Positions 5,752 to 15,158 of a stretch of 35,755 bases of DNA are shown here, one piece after another. The DNA is from a virus. Position 1 is the stretch's first letter. Every line of letters starts with the position of its first letter. A program made the position numbers and the translations under genes. A model generated the notes under the pieces. It was not told the origin of the DNA. It was given only the letters and a program-made list of their open reading frames with translations, and ran no database searches. The stretch covers positions 1-35,755 of the IMG/VR virus record IMGVR_UViG_3300012347_000068; one strand, given 5' to 3'.

Positions 5752-8493
5752 ATGGCAGTTATTGTACCGATTCTCTCTACCTTTAATGCGGCTGGTATTA
5801 ATGCTGCTACTGGTGCGCTTGGTGCGCTTGGTAACAGTCTTAAGCGTATGGGTATCCAAGCTGCTGCTGCGGCTGTTGGTGTTAAGGCTATGGGAGCGGC
5901 TGTTGATTTCGTTTCTGACTCGATTACTTCTGCTCGTGATCTTGAGCGTAACCTTTTTGCTTTAAATACTGTTTTTGGTGAACTATCTCCAAAGATGGTG
6001 CAGTTCACTAAAGATGCTGCTTCTATGGGTATCAGCCAGGGTGATGCGGCTCGTACTGCTACGTTCCTTGGGTCTGTGCTTAAGCAGGCTGGTTTCAGCA
6101 TGGGGGATACTTCCACTGAAACTATGAAGTTGACTACGCTTGCTCAAGACCTAGCGACTACTTATGGTTATGACGTGAGTGAAGCGCTTACGGCTATGAC
6201 CGCGTTGTTCCGTGGTGAGTATGACCCGATTGAAAAGTTTGGTGTTGCTCTTAAGCAGAACGAAGTTAACTCGTTGCTTGCAGCTAAGGGCATGGGTAAC
6301 CTGACTGGGCAGGCTTTGTTGAATGCTCAACAGCAGGTTCGTTTGGAACAGTTGTATTTGCGTTCTGCTGATGCTCAGGGTGCTTTTGCAGCTCAGTCTG
6401 GCACTTTGTATGGTGTGCAGGCTCGACTTAGCGCGGCGTTCCAGAATTTGCAATCATCACTTGGTGAAGGTTTGTTGCCTGTCTTGGCTCGTATGGGTGA
6501 ATTGCTTATCCCTATCGTTGAGGACAATGGCCCGAAACTAGGGGAAATTTTTAAGGGTCTTGGTCAAATCATGACTGGCTTGATGCCTTTAATGACCCCT
6601 ATTTTGCGTATCCTTGGTGACATCCTTGGTGTCATTGGCAAGTTGTTGCAGTCTGTCGCACCACTGATTACGATGTTGTCAACTGGTTTGGCTGTCGTTT
6701 TGGATATGCTTGCTGAAAAACTTGAGTCTGTCGGGCGCGGTCTTGACATTGTTTTTGGTTTCTTCAATGACATTTTTGAGGTAACTAACAGCAACTTTGG
6801 TTCAGGCTTCATGGACTTCCTCAAAGATGCTTCTGTCATGTTGGGCAGGATTATCCCTGGTTTGGGTTTGTTCAACGATTTCATGAATCGTTTTGAGGCA
6901 AAATCTGGTGAGCAAAACTTGGCTCGTTCTCGTGCTGCAGAGTCGGCTCGTTTAACCGCTCAGGCTCAAGCATACTTTAAGAGCAAAGAGCCAGCGACTC
7001 CTGGCCCTGACCCTGATCCTGGCAAGATTGCTACGGATTATGTTAAAGAGTTCTATGCGTCTCTCGCTGAGGAAGACCGCAAGCAACGTGCAACTTTAAA
7101 ACTTAAGTCGCTTGGTGCAAGCGAAGGTCTTATCGAGAGCATCATTGGTTCTGGCGAAGGCTGGATGAAGGTTTACAAGCAAATCATTGCTGGTGGTTAT
7201 GCTTCTGTGGCTACTGTGCAGGCTTTGTTTGCTAAGACTAAGAGCGGTATTGCTGAGGTCACTAAGGCGGCTGAGGTTGCAGCTGAGGCGGCTAAAAAAC
7301 TTCAGGATGACGCTAAGGCGGCTTACAAAGAAGAGCAGGACGCATTCAATGCTCGCATAGACGCTATCAACGAGTTCAAGGCGGCCATTAATGGTCTGAC
7401 TGGCACGTTGAAGCCTTTGGCTTTCATTGAGCGTGAGGTTGGTCGTTTTGAGTCGGCTGTGGTTGATTCGTTTGGCAACATTAAGCAGTCGCTTCTTGAG
7501 GCTTTTGACGATGACAAACTTACTTCTGATTCTTTGGCTACTTTGCAGAAGTATGCTGACAAAGAGATGGCTGTGTTGTCTCAGTTGGCTAAACAGCGTG
7601 ATGACCTTAAGGCTAAGTATGATCTTGCTGATGCGCTGATTAAGGAAACTCGTTCGGCTGTTACCGCTTACGCAAACATCACTGCGATGTTGGATAAGCA
7701 GACTACGACTGTTACTGAGACTATTCAGACGATGGTTGATGGTGTGCGTCTTACTCGCACTAGCACTCGTGAGCAAATCGTTGAGGGTAAGAACCTTGTT
7801 GATTCGTTCAAGGAAATTCTTGAGAAGACTGTACAATTCGGTAAAAACCTTAAGCAGTTGCGTGCGCTTGGTTTGGATAAGAACCTTTACAAGCAGATTG
7901 TTGACGCTGGTCTTGAGGCTGGTGGTGCGACTGCTGCGGCCATCATTGATGGTGGTGCGGGCACTGTAAGCGAACTGAACAGCCTGTTCGGTCAGTTGGA
8001 TGCTGTTGGTGCTGACATTGCTGAAACGTCGGCTACGGTCATGTTTAACAATGGTGTGGAGATTGTTGGGGGCTTGCTGGAGGGCTTGAAGTCTCAGGAT
8101 GCTCTTCTGGTGTCTGCGGCTGAGTCTATGGCTTCAGCGTTCGCCACAGCGTTTAACGCGATGCTTCAGAATGCTATCAAGTACCCATCGATTCCTGGTA
8201 CTACTGGAAATGTTGTCGGTCAAATCGTTGGTAAGCCTGACATGACTGCAGCTGAGTATGTTGCTTCTCAGAACGAGTATTTGGCTAACTATTTGGCTAC
8301 TGGTGCAACTGTTGATTATGGTGCAGCTAGTGGTGGTAACTATGGTGCCCGTAACGCGATTGCGTCAACTACAAACAATGTGTATGTTCAGGCTGGTGTG
8401 ATTGCTAATAAGGCTGAATTGCCTGGTATCGTTATTGATGCGTTGAACACTGCTACTAAGCAGGGTTTGTCTACTCGCATGGTTGCCATTTAA
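5752..8493 (+). CDS. Tape measure protein (913 aa)
   Basis: It is the largest ORF, lies downstream of the chaperones, and has Ala/Gly/Leu-rich helical and hydrophobic segments. Confidence 0.9.
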   Translation: MAVIVPILSTFNAAGINAATGALGALGNSLKRMGIQAAAAAVGVKAMGAAVDFVSDSITSARDLERNLFALNTVFGELSPKMVQFTKDAASMGISQGDAARTATFLGSVLKQAGFSMGDTSTETMKLTTLAQDLATTYGYDVSEALTAMTALFRGEYDPIEKFGVALKQNEVNSLLAAKGMGNLTGQALLNAQQQVRLEQLYLRSADAQGAFAAQSGTLYGVQARLSAAFQNLQSSLGEGLLPVLARMGELLIPIVEDNGPKLGEIFKGLGQIMTGLMPLMTPILRILGDILGVIGKLLQSVAPLITMLSTGLAVVLDMLAEKLESVGRGLDIVFGFFNDIFEVTNSNFGSGFMDFLKDASVMLGRIIPGLGLFNDFMNRFEAKSGEQNLARSRAAESARLTAQAQAYFKSKEPATPGPDPDPGKIATDYVKEFYASLAEEDRKQRATLKLKSLGASEGLIESIIGSGEGWMKVYKQIIAGGYASVATVQALFAKTKSGIAEVTKAAEVAAEAAKKLQDDAKAAYKEEQDAFNARIDAINEFKAAINGLTGTLKPLAFIEREVGRFESAVVDSFGNIKQSLLEAFDDDKLTSDSLATLQKYADKEMAVLSQLAKQRDDLKAKYDLADALIKETRSAVTAYANITAMLDKQTTTVTETIQTMVDGVRLTRTSTREQIVEGKNLVDSFKEILEKTVQFGKNLKQLRALGLDKNLYKQIVDAGLEAGGATAAAIIDGGAGTVSELNSLFGQLDAVGADIAETSATVMFNNGVEIVGGLLEGLKSQDALLVSAAESMASAFATAFNAMLQNAIKYPSIPGTTGNVVGQIVGKPDMTAAEYVASQNEYLANYLATGATVDYGAASGGNYGARNAIASTTNNVYVQAGVIANKAELPGIVIDALNTATKQGLSTRMVAI

Positions 8494-8503
8494 GGGGTTG
8501 GGA

Positions 8504-9727
8504 ATGCTTGTTGAAAAAGTAGAAATTGGTTTCGAACTAACTTCCACTGTTGCACCATTCTTTACCTTGGATAGCCCTACTAAGGGTGTTTTGGATAACA
8601 CTGAGTATCCTTTGGGTGGCAAGATTTTCTTTGACGTGACAGATCGTGTGAAACGGTATTCGATTCGTCGTGGTAAGTCGCAACAGTTGGATAATTACAA
8701 TACTGGTATTGCGTCTATTTCGTTCACTAACTTTGACCGTGCGTTTGACCCAACTTATGAGTTGTCGCCGTTTGCTGGGCAGATTATTCCTAAGCGTGAG
8801 GTTCGTATCTCTACTGAGGGTCAGCGTCGCTTCACTGGTGTAATTGATGACTGGAACCTAGACTATTCGGTCAATGGTGAGTCTTATGCGAACATTGTGG
8901 TGTCTGATGGTTTTAGCCGTTTGGCTAACCAGACGTTCAGTGGTGGCACTGCTACGGCTCAGTTGTCGGGTGCGCGTATTAATGCTGTGTTGGATTTGGA
9001 TGACGTTAAGTGGCCTGCAGCTAACCGTTCGATTGATGCTGGAACTATTAGCCTTGGTGCGGATGTTTGGTCTCCGGACTCTAAGGTGTTGGAGTATTTG
9101 CAGGTTGTTGAAGCAACCGAGTTGGGTCACTTCTTCATTGACAAGAACGGTAATGTCACGTTCAGGGATGCTGCAAGCCTTATTCCTGACAGTGAGAACC
9201 TTGTAACGTTCAGCGATGATGGTTCGGCTATCGACTATGCGACCATGCAGGTTGTTTACGGTTCTGAGTTGTTGTATAACCAGATTGTTGTGTCTTCGGT
9301 TAACGCTGTGGGTACTGCTGTGGCTGATGATTTGGACAGCCAGGGTTTGTACGGTATTCAGACGTTTACTCGTACAGACTTGTTGATGGACTCTGATGCG
9401 GCTGTTGATGCTCACGCGTTGAAACTGGTTAAGGATTACGCTAACCCTGAGTACCGTTTCGAGGCTGTCACGGTCAACCTGGACACGTTGTCACCTTCTG
9501 AGGTTGAGCAGGTTAACGGGCTAGAAATTGGTTCGTTCTGCAAAATCATGTTCACCCCTAATGGGATTGCTCCTGCTATTGAGAAGTATGCGGAAGTTAT
9601 TTCTATTAGCGACAGTGTTGATTTGAATCGTCACAGTGTTACTTTTGGTTTCTCTACTTTGGATGCTATCCCGTTTGTTTTGGATGACGCAGTGTTTGGT
9701 AGACTAGATACATCAACCCTAGGTTAA
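8504..9727 (+). CDS. Distal tail protein-like minor tail protein
   Basis: It lies immediately after the tape measure. ATG 8504 follows aagggg. The ORF track extends to TTG 8483, which overlaps the tape measure stop. Confidence 0.6.
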   Translation: MLVEKVEIGFELTSTVAPFFTLDSPTKGVLDNTEYPLGGKIFFDVTDRVKRYSIRRGKSQQLDNYNTGIASISFTNFDRAFDPTYELSPFAGQIIPKREVRISTEGQRRFTGVIDDWNLDYSVNGESYANIVVSDGFSRLANQTFSGGTATAQLSGARINAVLDLDDVKWPAANRSIDAGTISLGADVWSPDSKVLEYLQVVEATELGHFFIDKNGNVTFRDAASLIPDSENLVTFSDDGSAIDYATMQVVYGSELLYNQIVVSSVNAVGTAVADDLDSQGLYGIQTFTRTDLLMDSDAAVDAHALKLVKDYANPEYRFEAVTVNLDTLSPSEVEQVNGLEIGSFCKIMFTPNGIAPAIEKYAEVISISDSVDLNRHSVTFGFSTLDAIPFVLDDAVFGRLDTSTLG

Positions 9728-9736
9728 GGATTTATT

Positions 9737-10279
9737 ATGGCTGGACTCGGTAGAAAAGTTTTTGCAGCGGGTGACATTCTCACTGCAGCTGACGTTGACG
9801 GTTACTTGATGGATCAGACCGTTATGAAGTTCGCTTCAGCCGCGGCTCGTTCTTCTGCTATTGGTACTGCGGTTGCTGCTGGTATGGTTTCGTACCGCAC
9901 TGATGCTTCGATTTTAGAGTTTTATAACGGTAGTTCTTGGGCTGCTGTTGCACCTGTCGCGGCTACTGCGTCGGGTACGGTTGTGTCAGCGGCTTATACC
10001 GCGGTTGCTGGTGATGTGAACAACACTATTGTTGCTAATGGTACTGCCGCTTACACCATTACTATTCCTGACATTCTTAGCACTTGGCAGCGCATTGACA
10101 TCATTCGTGATTCTTCGGGTACTGTGAGCATTGCTGCTGGTACTGGTGTTACTACTTGGGCTGGTGCTGGTACTGCTGGCACTGCAACTACTTTTAAGAT
10201 TACTTCTCAGTATGGTGGTGCTTCGGTGGAGAAGGTTGCCGCTAACTCTTACCGTGTCATTGGTGGAATTACCGCATAA
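9737..10279 (+). CDS. Minor tail / fibre protein
   Basis: N-terminus ...GDILTAADVDGYLMDQTVMKFASAAARSSAIG...GMVSYRTDASILEFYNGSSWAAV resembles (from memory) the conserved N-terminus of actinophage minor tail proteins. Confidence 0.6.
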   Translation: MAGLGRKVFAAGDILTAADVDGYLMDQTVMKFASAAARSSAIGTAVAAGMVSYRTDASILEFYNGSSWAAVAPVAATASGTVVSAAYTAVAGDVNNTIVANGTAAYTITIPDILSTWQRIDIIRDSSGTVSIAAGTGVTTWAGAGTAGTATTFKITSQYGGASVEKVAANSYRVIGGITA

Positions 10280-10854
10280 TGGCTCTCCTACCTTTAGGCA
10301 TTTGGGCGGCTAGTGGTGCTGGTGGTGCAGCTGGTGGCACAGACTTTCAGTTGATTTCGACTACGGTTTTGTCGAGTACTACCGATAACATTACTTTTTC
10401 TTCTATTCCGTCAACTTTTAAACATTTGCAAATTAGGATGACGGCGCGTATGGATCCTGGTACTGGTACTGGTGCGCGAAACCTTGGCATCCGTATTAAT
10501 GGCAACACAGGCAATGTTTACTCTTGGCACTTTTTGAATGGTGATGGTGGCAGTGTTTCCTCGGGTGGTTTCTCATCCTTTAATCACATTCGCTTTGACC
10601 AGTGTTTGCCTTCTGATAGTCAGGCTGCAGGTATTTTTGGCCCAGGAATTATTGACATCACAGATTATGCTTCTACATCAAAGTTTAAAACTTTGAGGGG
10701 TTTGATTGGTCAGCCTGTGTCTGGTTTTAAGATTGGTTTGAAGTCTGGTTTGTATCAGGATACTTCTGCGGTTTCTTCGATTGTTTTGTATGACCAAGAG
10801 TATGCTACCGGGTTTAAATCTGGTAGCCGATTCAGCCTATATGGATGGAACTAA
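10279..10854 (+). CDS. Tail-module paralogue 1 (putative fibre / receptor-binding protein)
   Basis: It shares ITFSSIPSTFKHLQIRM, NGNTGNVYSW, DITDYAS..KFK and GSRFSLYGW with the next two ORFs. Confidence 0.6.
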   Translation: MALLPLGIWAASGAGGAAGGTDFQLISTTVLSSTTDNITFSSIPSTFKHLQIRMTARMDPGTGTGARNLGIRINGNTGNVYSWHFLNGDGGSVSSGGFSSFNHIRFDQCLPSDSQAAGIFGPGIIDITDYASTSKFKTLRGLIGQPVSGFKIGLKSGLYQDTSAVSSIVLYDQEYATGFKSGSRFSLYGWN

Positions 10855-11352
10855 ATGCCTACTTCAGCAATAGTCGCACTAGCAAATATTACTCTTGGTT
10901 CAACCGCTTCATCGGTTTCATTTGGTTCTATTCCTGCAACCTATCGCGACTTGCGCTTGGTGGTGCAAGCCACAACATCGGGTGCTAATGCTGCTGGATT
11001 TACTCTTAATGGAGATGCGACAAATGGTAATTATTCTTGGGTGCAGATTTTCGGTGATGGCTCTAGCGCGGTATCAAACTCTGGAACTGGCGCTTCTGGT
11101 ATTTTGCCTTTCACTCCTAATCAAAACTTTTCAACAACTGTGGCTTCGATTGTCACATTGGATGTAATGGATTACTCGGCTGTTAATAAACACAAGTCGA
11201 TGCTTTATCGCACTAATCGCGCGGATGCTGTGACAAATGCAATTGCCGCTCGGTGGGCTAATACTGCTGCAGTTACTACTTTGACGGTAAGTGCCATTTC
11301 GGTTAACTTTGCTATCGGTTCAACCTTTAGCCTCTTTGCGATTGTGAGTTAG
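10855..11352 (+). CDS. Tail-module paralogue 2
   Basis: Motifs VSFGSIPATYRDLRLVV, NGDATNGNYSW, DVMDYSAVNKHK and GSTFSLFAIV. The start abuts the previous stop. Confidence 0.6.
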   Translation: MPTSAIVALANITLGSTASSVSFGSIPATYRDLRLVVQATTSGANAAGFTLNGDATNGNYSWVQIFGDGSSAVSNSGTGASGILPFTPNQNFSTTVASIVTLDVMDYSAVNKHKSMLYRTNRADAVTNAIAARWANTAAVTTLTVSAISVNFAIGSTFSLFAIVS

Positions 11353-11354
11353 TC

Positions 11355-11879
11355 ATGGCTGTAACTAAAATTGCGGAAGTCACAGTTGGTGCTGGTGGCG
11401 CGGCAAGCATTGACTTCACAAGCATCCCAGGAACTTACACCGACTTAATGGTGCTTGTTTCATCTCGCGCTTCTGATGGCTACCCAGATACGGGTTGCTC
11501 TGTTACTTTCAATGGCTTGTCAACTAACCGCTCGCGCCGCACTCTTTATGGCACAGGTTCGGCAGCGGCATCTTCAACCGCATCAGACATTGCCTTTTTC
11601 ACAAATGCCAGCACCGCCACAGCAAACGCCTTTACCAATGCTCAAATTTATGTGCCAAACTATGCTGGAAGCACTAACAAGTCCGTGAGCATTGATGGCA
11701 TGAATGAGCAAAATGCAACCTATGCTCTTGGTGGTATAACCGCAGGTTTATGGTCATCCACAGCAGCAATCACCCAGTTGACCCTTACTCCTGCGACAGC
11801 AACCAACTGGCTTCAATACTCAACCGCCACACTGTATGGAATCCTTAAGGGTTCATCTGGCGGAGTAACTGTTTCATAA
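11355..11879 (+). CDS. Tail-module paralogue 3
   Basis: Motifs IDFTSIPGTYTDLMVLV, FNGLSTN, VPNYAGSTNKS and STATLYGILKG. Confidence 0.6.
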   Translation: MAVTKIAEVTVGAGGAASIDFTSIPGTYTDLMVLVSSRASDGYPDTGCSVTFNGLSTNRSRRTLYGTGSAAASSTASDIAFFTNASTATANAFTNAQIYVPNYAGSTNKSVSIDGMNEQNATYALGGITAGLWSSTAAITQLTLTPATATNWLQYSTATLYGILKGSSGGVTVS

Positions 11880-11947
11880 CTAGAAAGAAGAATCAAATGG
11901 CTACTGAAAAGAAGTTCAGCCAGTCATTAGTCTGATAGTCTATTACT

Positions 11948-12583
11948 ATGTGTTTAGTTGTAGATTGTAAAACTTCCGAAACTGCCAAGCATTGCAAAGG
12001 CTTTTGCATGACCCACTATCGGCGTTGGAAAGCAACTGGCAATCCGCTAAAAACCCTTTATGATTTGCGACCACCGAGGCCAGAGGTCTGCATCATTGAA
12101 GGCTGTTCAGACAAGGCTTTTGCGAAAGACCACTGCTCTAACCATTATCGGCGCTTGTTAAACTATGGTGATGCTCTAGCAACTGACCTAAACAAAAGAC
12201 CAGAGAAATCTCGCAAGTGCCTAGTTGATGAATGCGAGAAGCGACACAATGCTAAGGGTTACTGCACAGGTCATTATGCAAAATGGAAAAAGTATGGTGA
12301 CCCTCTTGCCTCTAAATACTTGGATAGGTCACTGACATCTCAGGGCTATGTGCTTCGCAAGGGCAAGCCAGAGCATCGAGTAGTGATGGAAGAAATGCTT
12401 GGTAGATATTTAGTGGCTGGCGAGAATGTTCATCACAAGAATGGTGACAGGCAAGATAACCGCCCTGAAAATTTGGAACTATGGTCAAGGTCGCAGCCAT
12501 CAGGTCAGCGAGTAGAAGATAAGGTAAACTGGGCATTAGAGATTATTGCTCAATATGCCCCCGAAAAACTTAAGGATTCATAA
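11948..12583 (+). CDS. HNH endonuclease with three N-terminal Cys/His repeat modules
   Basis: C-terminal GENVHHKNGDRQDNRPENLELW (HNH). The N-terminus carries three copies of C-x3-C-x9-10-C-x2-HY (CKGFCMTHYRRW, DHCSNHYRRL, KGYCTGHYAKW). Confidence 0.85.
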   Translation: MCLVVDCKTSETAKHCKGFCMTHYRRWKATGNPLKTLYDLRPPRPEVCIIEGCSDKAFAKDHCSNHYRRLLNYGDALATDLNKRPEKSRKCLVDECEKRHNAKGYCTGHYAKWKKYGDPLASKYLDRSLTSQGYVLRKGKPEHRVVMEEMLGRYLVAGENVHHKNGDRQDNRPENLELWSRSQPSGQRVEDKVNWALEIIAQYAPEKLKDS

Positions 12584-12822
12584 TGGCTCAAGAGAAGAAG
12601 TATCGCCTGACCGTTAACTGTGAGACTGGAGAACAGACCTCGGTTGAGTTCACTGCTGAGGAGTATGCTCAGGCTGAGGCTGATGCTGTGGCTTATGCTG
12701 CGGAGCAGGCTGCGCGTGAGTCTGCTGAGGCTGAAGCTGCAGCTAAGAAGGCTGCTGTTCTTGCAGCTCTTGCAGACGCTGCTGGTCTCACTGTTGAAGA
12801 AGTCACTGCTGTACTAAACTAG
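12583..12822 (+). CDS. Ala/Glu-rich small protein, unknown function
   Basis: ATG overlaps the previous stop (TAATG). The sequence is helical and of low complexity (AEADAVAYAAEQAARESAEAEAAAKKAA). Confidence 0.55.
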   Translation: MAQEKKYRLTVNCETGEQTSVEFTAEEYAQAEADAVAYAAEQAARESAEAEAAAKKAAVLAALADAAGLTVEEVTAVLN

Positions 12823-12860
12823 TTGTATAACGGCCTACGCAACCGAACTTTGAAAGTATT

Positions 12861-13067
12861 GTGATGGCTGAAACTACTGACCGCGAACTGCTTATTACCA
12901 TTGTCAAGGATTTGACTGAGGTTAAGACTGAGATGCGCGGGTATCGTCAGTTGGAAAAAGATGTGCGTGATCTTCAGAAGAAGATTTATCAGATGACTGG
13001 TGTGTCTGGTGTTCTTGGTGGCGTTATTGTGGCTGTTGCACAAATTCTTGTGAGTGTCTCTAAGTGA
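12861..13067 (+). CDS. Small tail-anchored membrane protein (lysis-cassette associated; holin/antiholin-like)
   Basis: Coiled N-terminus plus a C-terminal TM segment GVSGVLGGVIVAVAQILVSV. Its stop overlaps the endolysin GTG (GTGA). The likely start is ATG 12864. Confidence 0.55.
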   Translation: MMAETTDRELLITIVKDLTEVKTEMRGYRQLEKDVRDLQKKIYQMTGVSGVLGGVIVAVAQILVSVSK

Positions 13068-13609
13068 CGGCTTATAACTGGCGTTTGCCGTTCCCTGCTG
13101 TTGCTGACGCGTTTGGTACGCACTCCGCAGAGCGCAAGGCTATGGGTCTGGGGCCTCACCGCGGTTGTGACTATAACGGTTGTAACCAGGCTGGTAAGCG
13201 TGTGTTTAAGTTTGGTATGGGTACGCCTCTTGTTGCTGTTGGTAACGGTGTCATTACCCTTAATAAGTGGTCTGAGGTTTTGGGTTGGGTTGTTGAACTC
13301 AAGGTTGGTAAGTGGTTCTTCTTGTACTGTCACATGGAGAAGCAGTCAACTTTGAAGGTCGGTGCCAAGGTTGCTTCTGGTGAGACTGTTGGTTTTGCGG
13401 GTTCTTCTGGTTCTGCTTCTTCTGGCCCTCACTTGCATTTCTGTCTGTCACTGGTTTCTGGTGGTGGCATTACGGGCAAGGTGTATGACGCTCACACGTT
13501 CTTGGTGAAGATGATTGCTGCTGAAAAAAAAGCGCTTGCACCTCAGGGTGCGACAACTGTCACCCCTGCCTCAGTGAAACATTGCGCGACTTGCGCTTGC
13601 AAAGGATAG
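13064..13609 (+). CDS. Peptidase M23 family endolysin
   Basis: It has HRGCDY (HxxxD) and GSSGSASSGPHLHF (HxH) metallopeptidase motifs and is flanked by membrane proteins. Confidence 0.8.
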   Translation: MTAYNWRLPFPAVADAFGTHSAERKAMGLGPHRGCDYNGCNQAGKRVFKFGMGTPLVAVGNGVITLNKWSEVLGWVVELKVGKWFFLYCHMEKQSTLKVGAKVASGETVGFAGSSGSASSGPHLHFCLSLVSGGGITGKVYDAHTFLVKMIAAEKKALAPQGATTVTPASVKHCATCACKG

Positions 13610-13612
13610 AAA

Positions 13613-13951
13613 ATGCTGAACAAGATTAAAGACATTCTGATTCGCTCTGTTGGCGTAATCATGTTTGCGTTCCTACCAGGCGCGGCTGTGGGTGGCCCTA
13701 GCGTTGGCTGGTTCATGGGTGGCCTTATTGGTGTGGGTACTGTGTTCTCTAGCATCATCATTTTCTTTGGTGTGCAGCTTGCTTGGGATGCGATGATTTC
13801 GCAGGATGACATTGAGAAGGGTTTTCGTGCGGCTGTTGCAAAGCAGGCTGATAACAACCCTGAAATTGCTGAGGCTGTTAAGACTTCAGCTGCTGAGACT
13901 GTTGATTGGTCTGACATCGGTGACGATGAAGATGAGGACTTGAAGCCTTAA
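13613..13951 (+). CDS. Holin-like protein with two TM segments and an acidic C-tail
   Basis: TM segments ILIRSVGVIMFAFLPGAAVGG and WFMGGLIGVGTVFSSIIIFFGVQLAW. The C-terminus is DIGDDEDEDLKP. It lies directly after the endolysin. Confidence 0.6.
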   Translation: MLNKIKDILIRSVGVIMFAFLPGAAVGGPSVGWFMGGLIGVGTVFSSIIIFFGVQLAWDAMISQDDIEKGFRAAVAKQADNNPEIAEAVKTSAAETVDWSDIGDDEDEDLKP

Positions 13952-14289
13952 CCTTTGTAGTGGGCTTTTGCTAGTTTCTTTAGCGTTGTTCGTTCTTGTG
14001 GCAGTAGGCCACCCCAGATGCCGTGTTCGTCGGCTGTTAACGCATACTCTAAGCATTTCATTCTGATTGGGCATCTGTGGCAGATGGCTTTGGCTAGGCG
14101 TGTGTCGCGTTGTGAACCAAATTCCCAGTCGTTGGGGAAGTAGATGTCTGGTAGCTCTGCACATTCGACCCCTCCGTTGTCGTCGATTGCTTTGACGAGT
14201 TCGATGTAGGCGCGTTCGGCGGCTTTGTCTTGATTTTGTCCGAGGTTCAGCATAGGCTCTACCATAGTTCCATTTTGGGGCTTTGACAA
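13948..14289 (-). CDS. whiB: WhiB-family (Wbl) Fe-S transcription factor
   Basis: Four Cys in the Wbl arrangement (VECAE...AICHRCPIRMKCLEYAL) plus the GIWGG turn. The start is uncertain (TTG 14289 or ATG 14265/14253). Confidence 0.85.
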   Translation of the reverse strand: MSKPQNGTMVEPMLNLGQNQDKAAERAYIELVKAIDDNGGVECAELPDIYFPNDWEFGSQRDTRLAKAICHRCPIRMKCLEYALTADEHGIWGGLLPQERTTLKKLAKAHYKG

Positions 14290-14303
14290 ATTTAGGGAAG
14301 ATT

Positions 14304-15158
14304 ATGAAGTTTGATTGTGCGGTCATGGTTGGTGACTTTGAGCCTGGTTCGCCTGAGTGGCATGAGTTGCGTGCTGGGGCTATTGGTGGTTCTGATGTTG
14401 GTACTGTGTTGGGTGTTAATGGTTGGAAGTCTCCTATTACGTTGTGGTTTGAGAAGAAGGGTGTGATTTCTTCTGATGTTGCGCCTTCTATGGCTATGCG
14501 TTTGGGTACGAAGTTGGAGGCACCTATTTTTGAGTTGTTCTGTGAGGAGCATCGTGAATTGGAGGTGTTCAGGGCGGGCACATACGCTTCACTGACGGAC
14601 TCTCGTTACCATGCGAACCCTGATGGTATTTATCGTAAGTCTGATGGCTCCTTGGGCGTTTTAGAGATTAAGTTTGCAGCTACTTGGTGGTCTGAAGTTC
14701 CTGTCAGTTACCGCAAGCAGGTTCTTTGGTATATGTATGTATTGGGTTGCCGTGAGGGCAAGGTGGCTGTGTTGAACAATTCGACGTATCGTGAGTTTGA
14801 CATTGTGTGGGATCAGTTCGAGGTTGATTCGATGGTGCAAGAGGTTAAACGGTTCTTGCAGTATTTGGATGATGACATCATGCCGGACTGGGATGGGTCA
14901 GACTCAACCTACGAAACTATGCGTTTGGTGCATAAGGGTATGGAAGATTTGGAAGAAGATTTGGGCGACCTTGGTATGTATTTGGCTTTGGCTTACGATA
15001 AGTTTAAAGAAGCTGAGGAACATTTAAATGAGATGAAGTCTCGTACTTTGGATGCTTTGGGCGACGCTAAACATGGTGTTGTTGAGGGTGTCAGGGTTGT
15101 TTCGAAGCAGGCTACTCGTATGGGTGTGCCGTATTTGATTATGAAAGGGAAGAAATAA
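14304..15158 (+). CDS. YqaJ-like (PD-(D/E)XK) recombination exonuclease
   Basis: It has WHELRAGAIGGSDVGTVLG and downstream acidic/Lys motifs typical of YqaJ/lambda-Exo-like enzymes. ATG 14304 follows gggaag. The ORF track starts at TTG 14283. Confidence 0.8.
   Translation: MKFDCAVMVGDFEPGSPEWHELRAGAIGGSDVGTVLGVNGWKSPITLWFEKKGVISSDVAPSMAMRLGTKLEAPIFELFCEEHRELEVFRAGTYASLTDSRYHANPDGIYRKSDGSLGVLEIKFAATWWSEVPVSYRKQVLWYMYVLGCREGKVAVLNNSTYREFDIVWDQFEVDSMVQEVKRFLQYLDDDIMPDWDGSDSTYETMRLVHKGMEDLEEDLGDLGMYLALAYDKFKEAEEHLNEMKSRTLDALGDAKHGVVEGVRVVSKQATRMGVPYLIMKGKK

Noticed and set aside
7096-7836. 246-aa antisense ORF, and other alternative-frame or antisense ORFs, inside the tape measure gene
   Set aside because: They lie fully within a well-supported 913-aa ORF. 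The sequences are Leu/Ser/Arg-rich, as expected from the reverse complement of an Ala/Glu/Leu-rich gene. There are no start signals.
13886-14581. 231-aa minus-strand ORF spanning the whiB and exonuclease 5' region
   Set aside because: It overlaps two genes with clear family motifs and has an Arg/Ser/Pro-rich low-complexity translation. It is out of frame with whiB.
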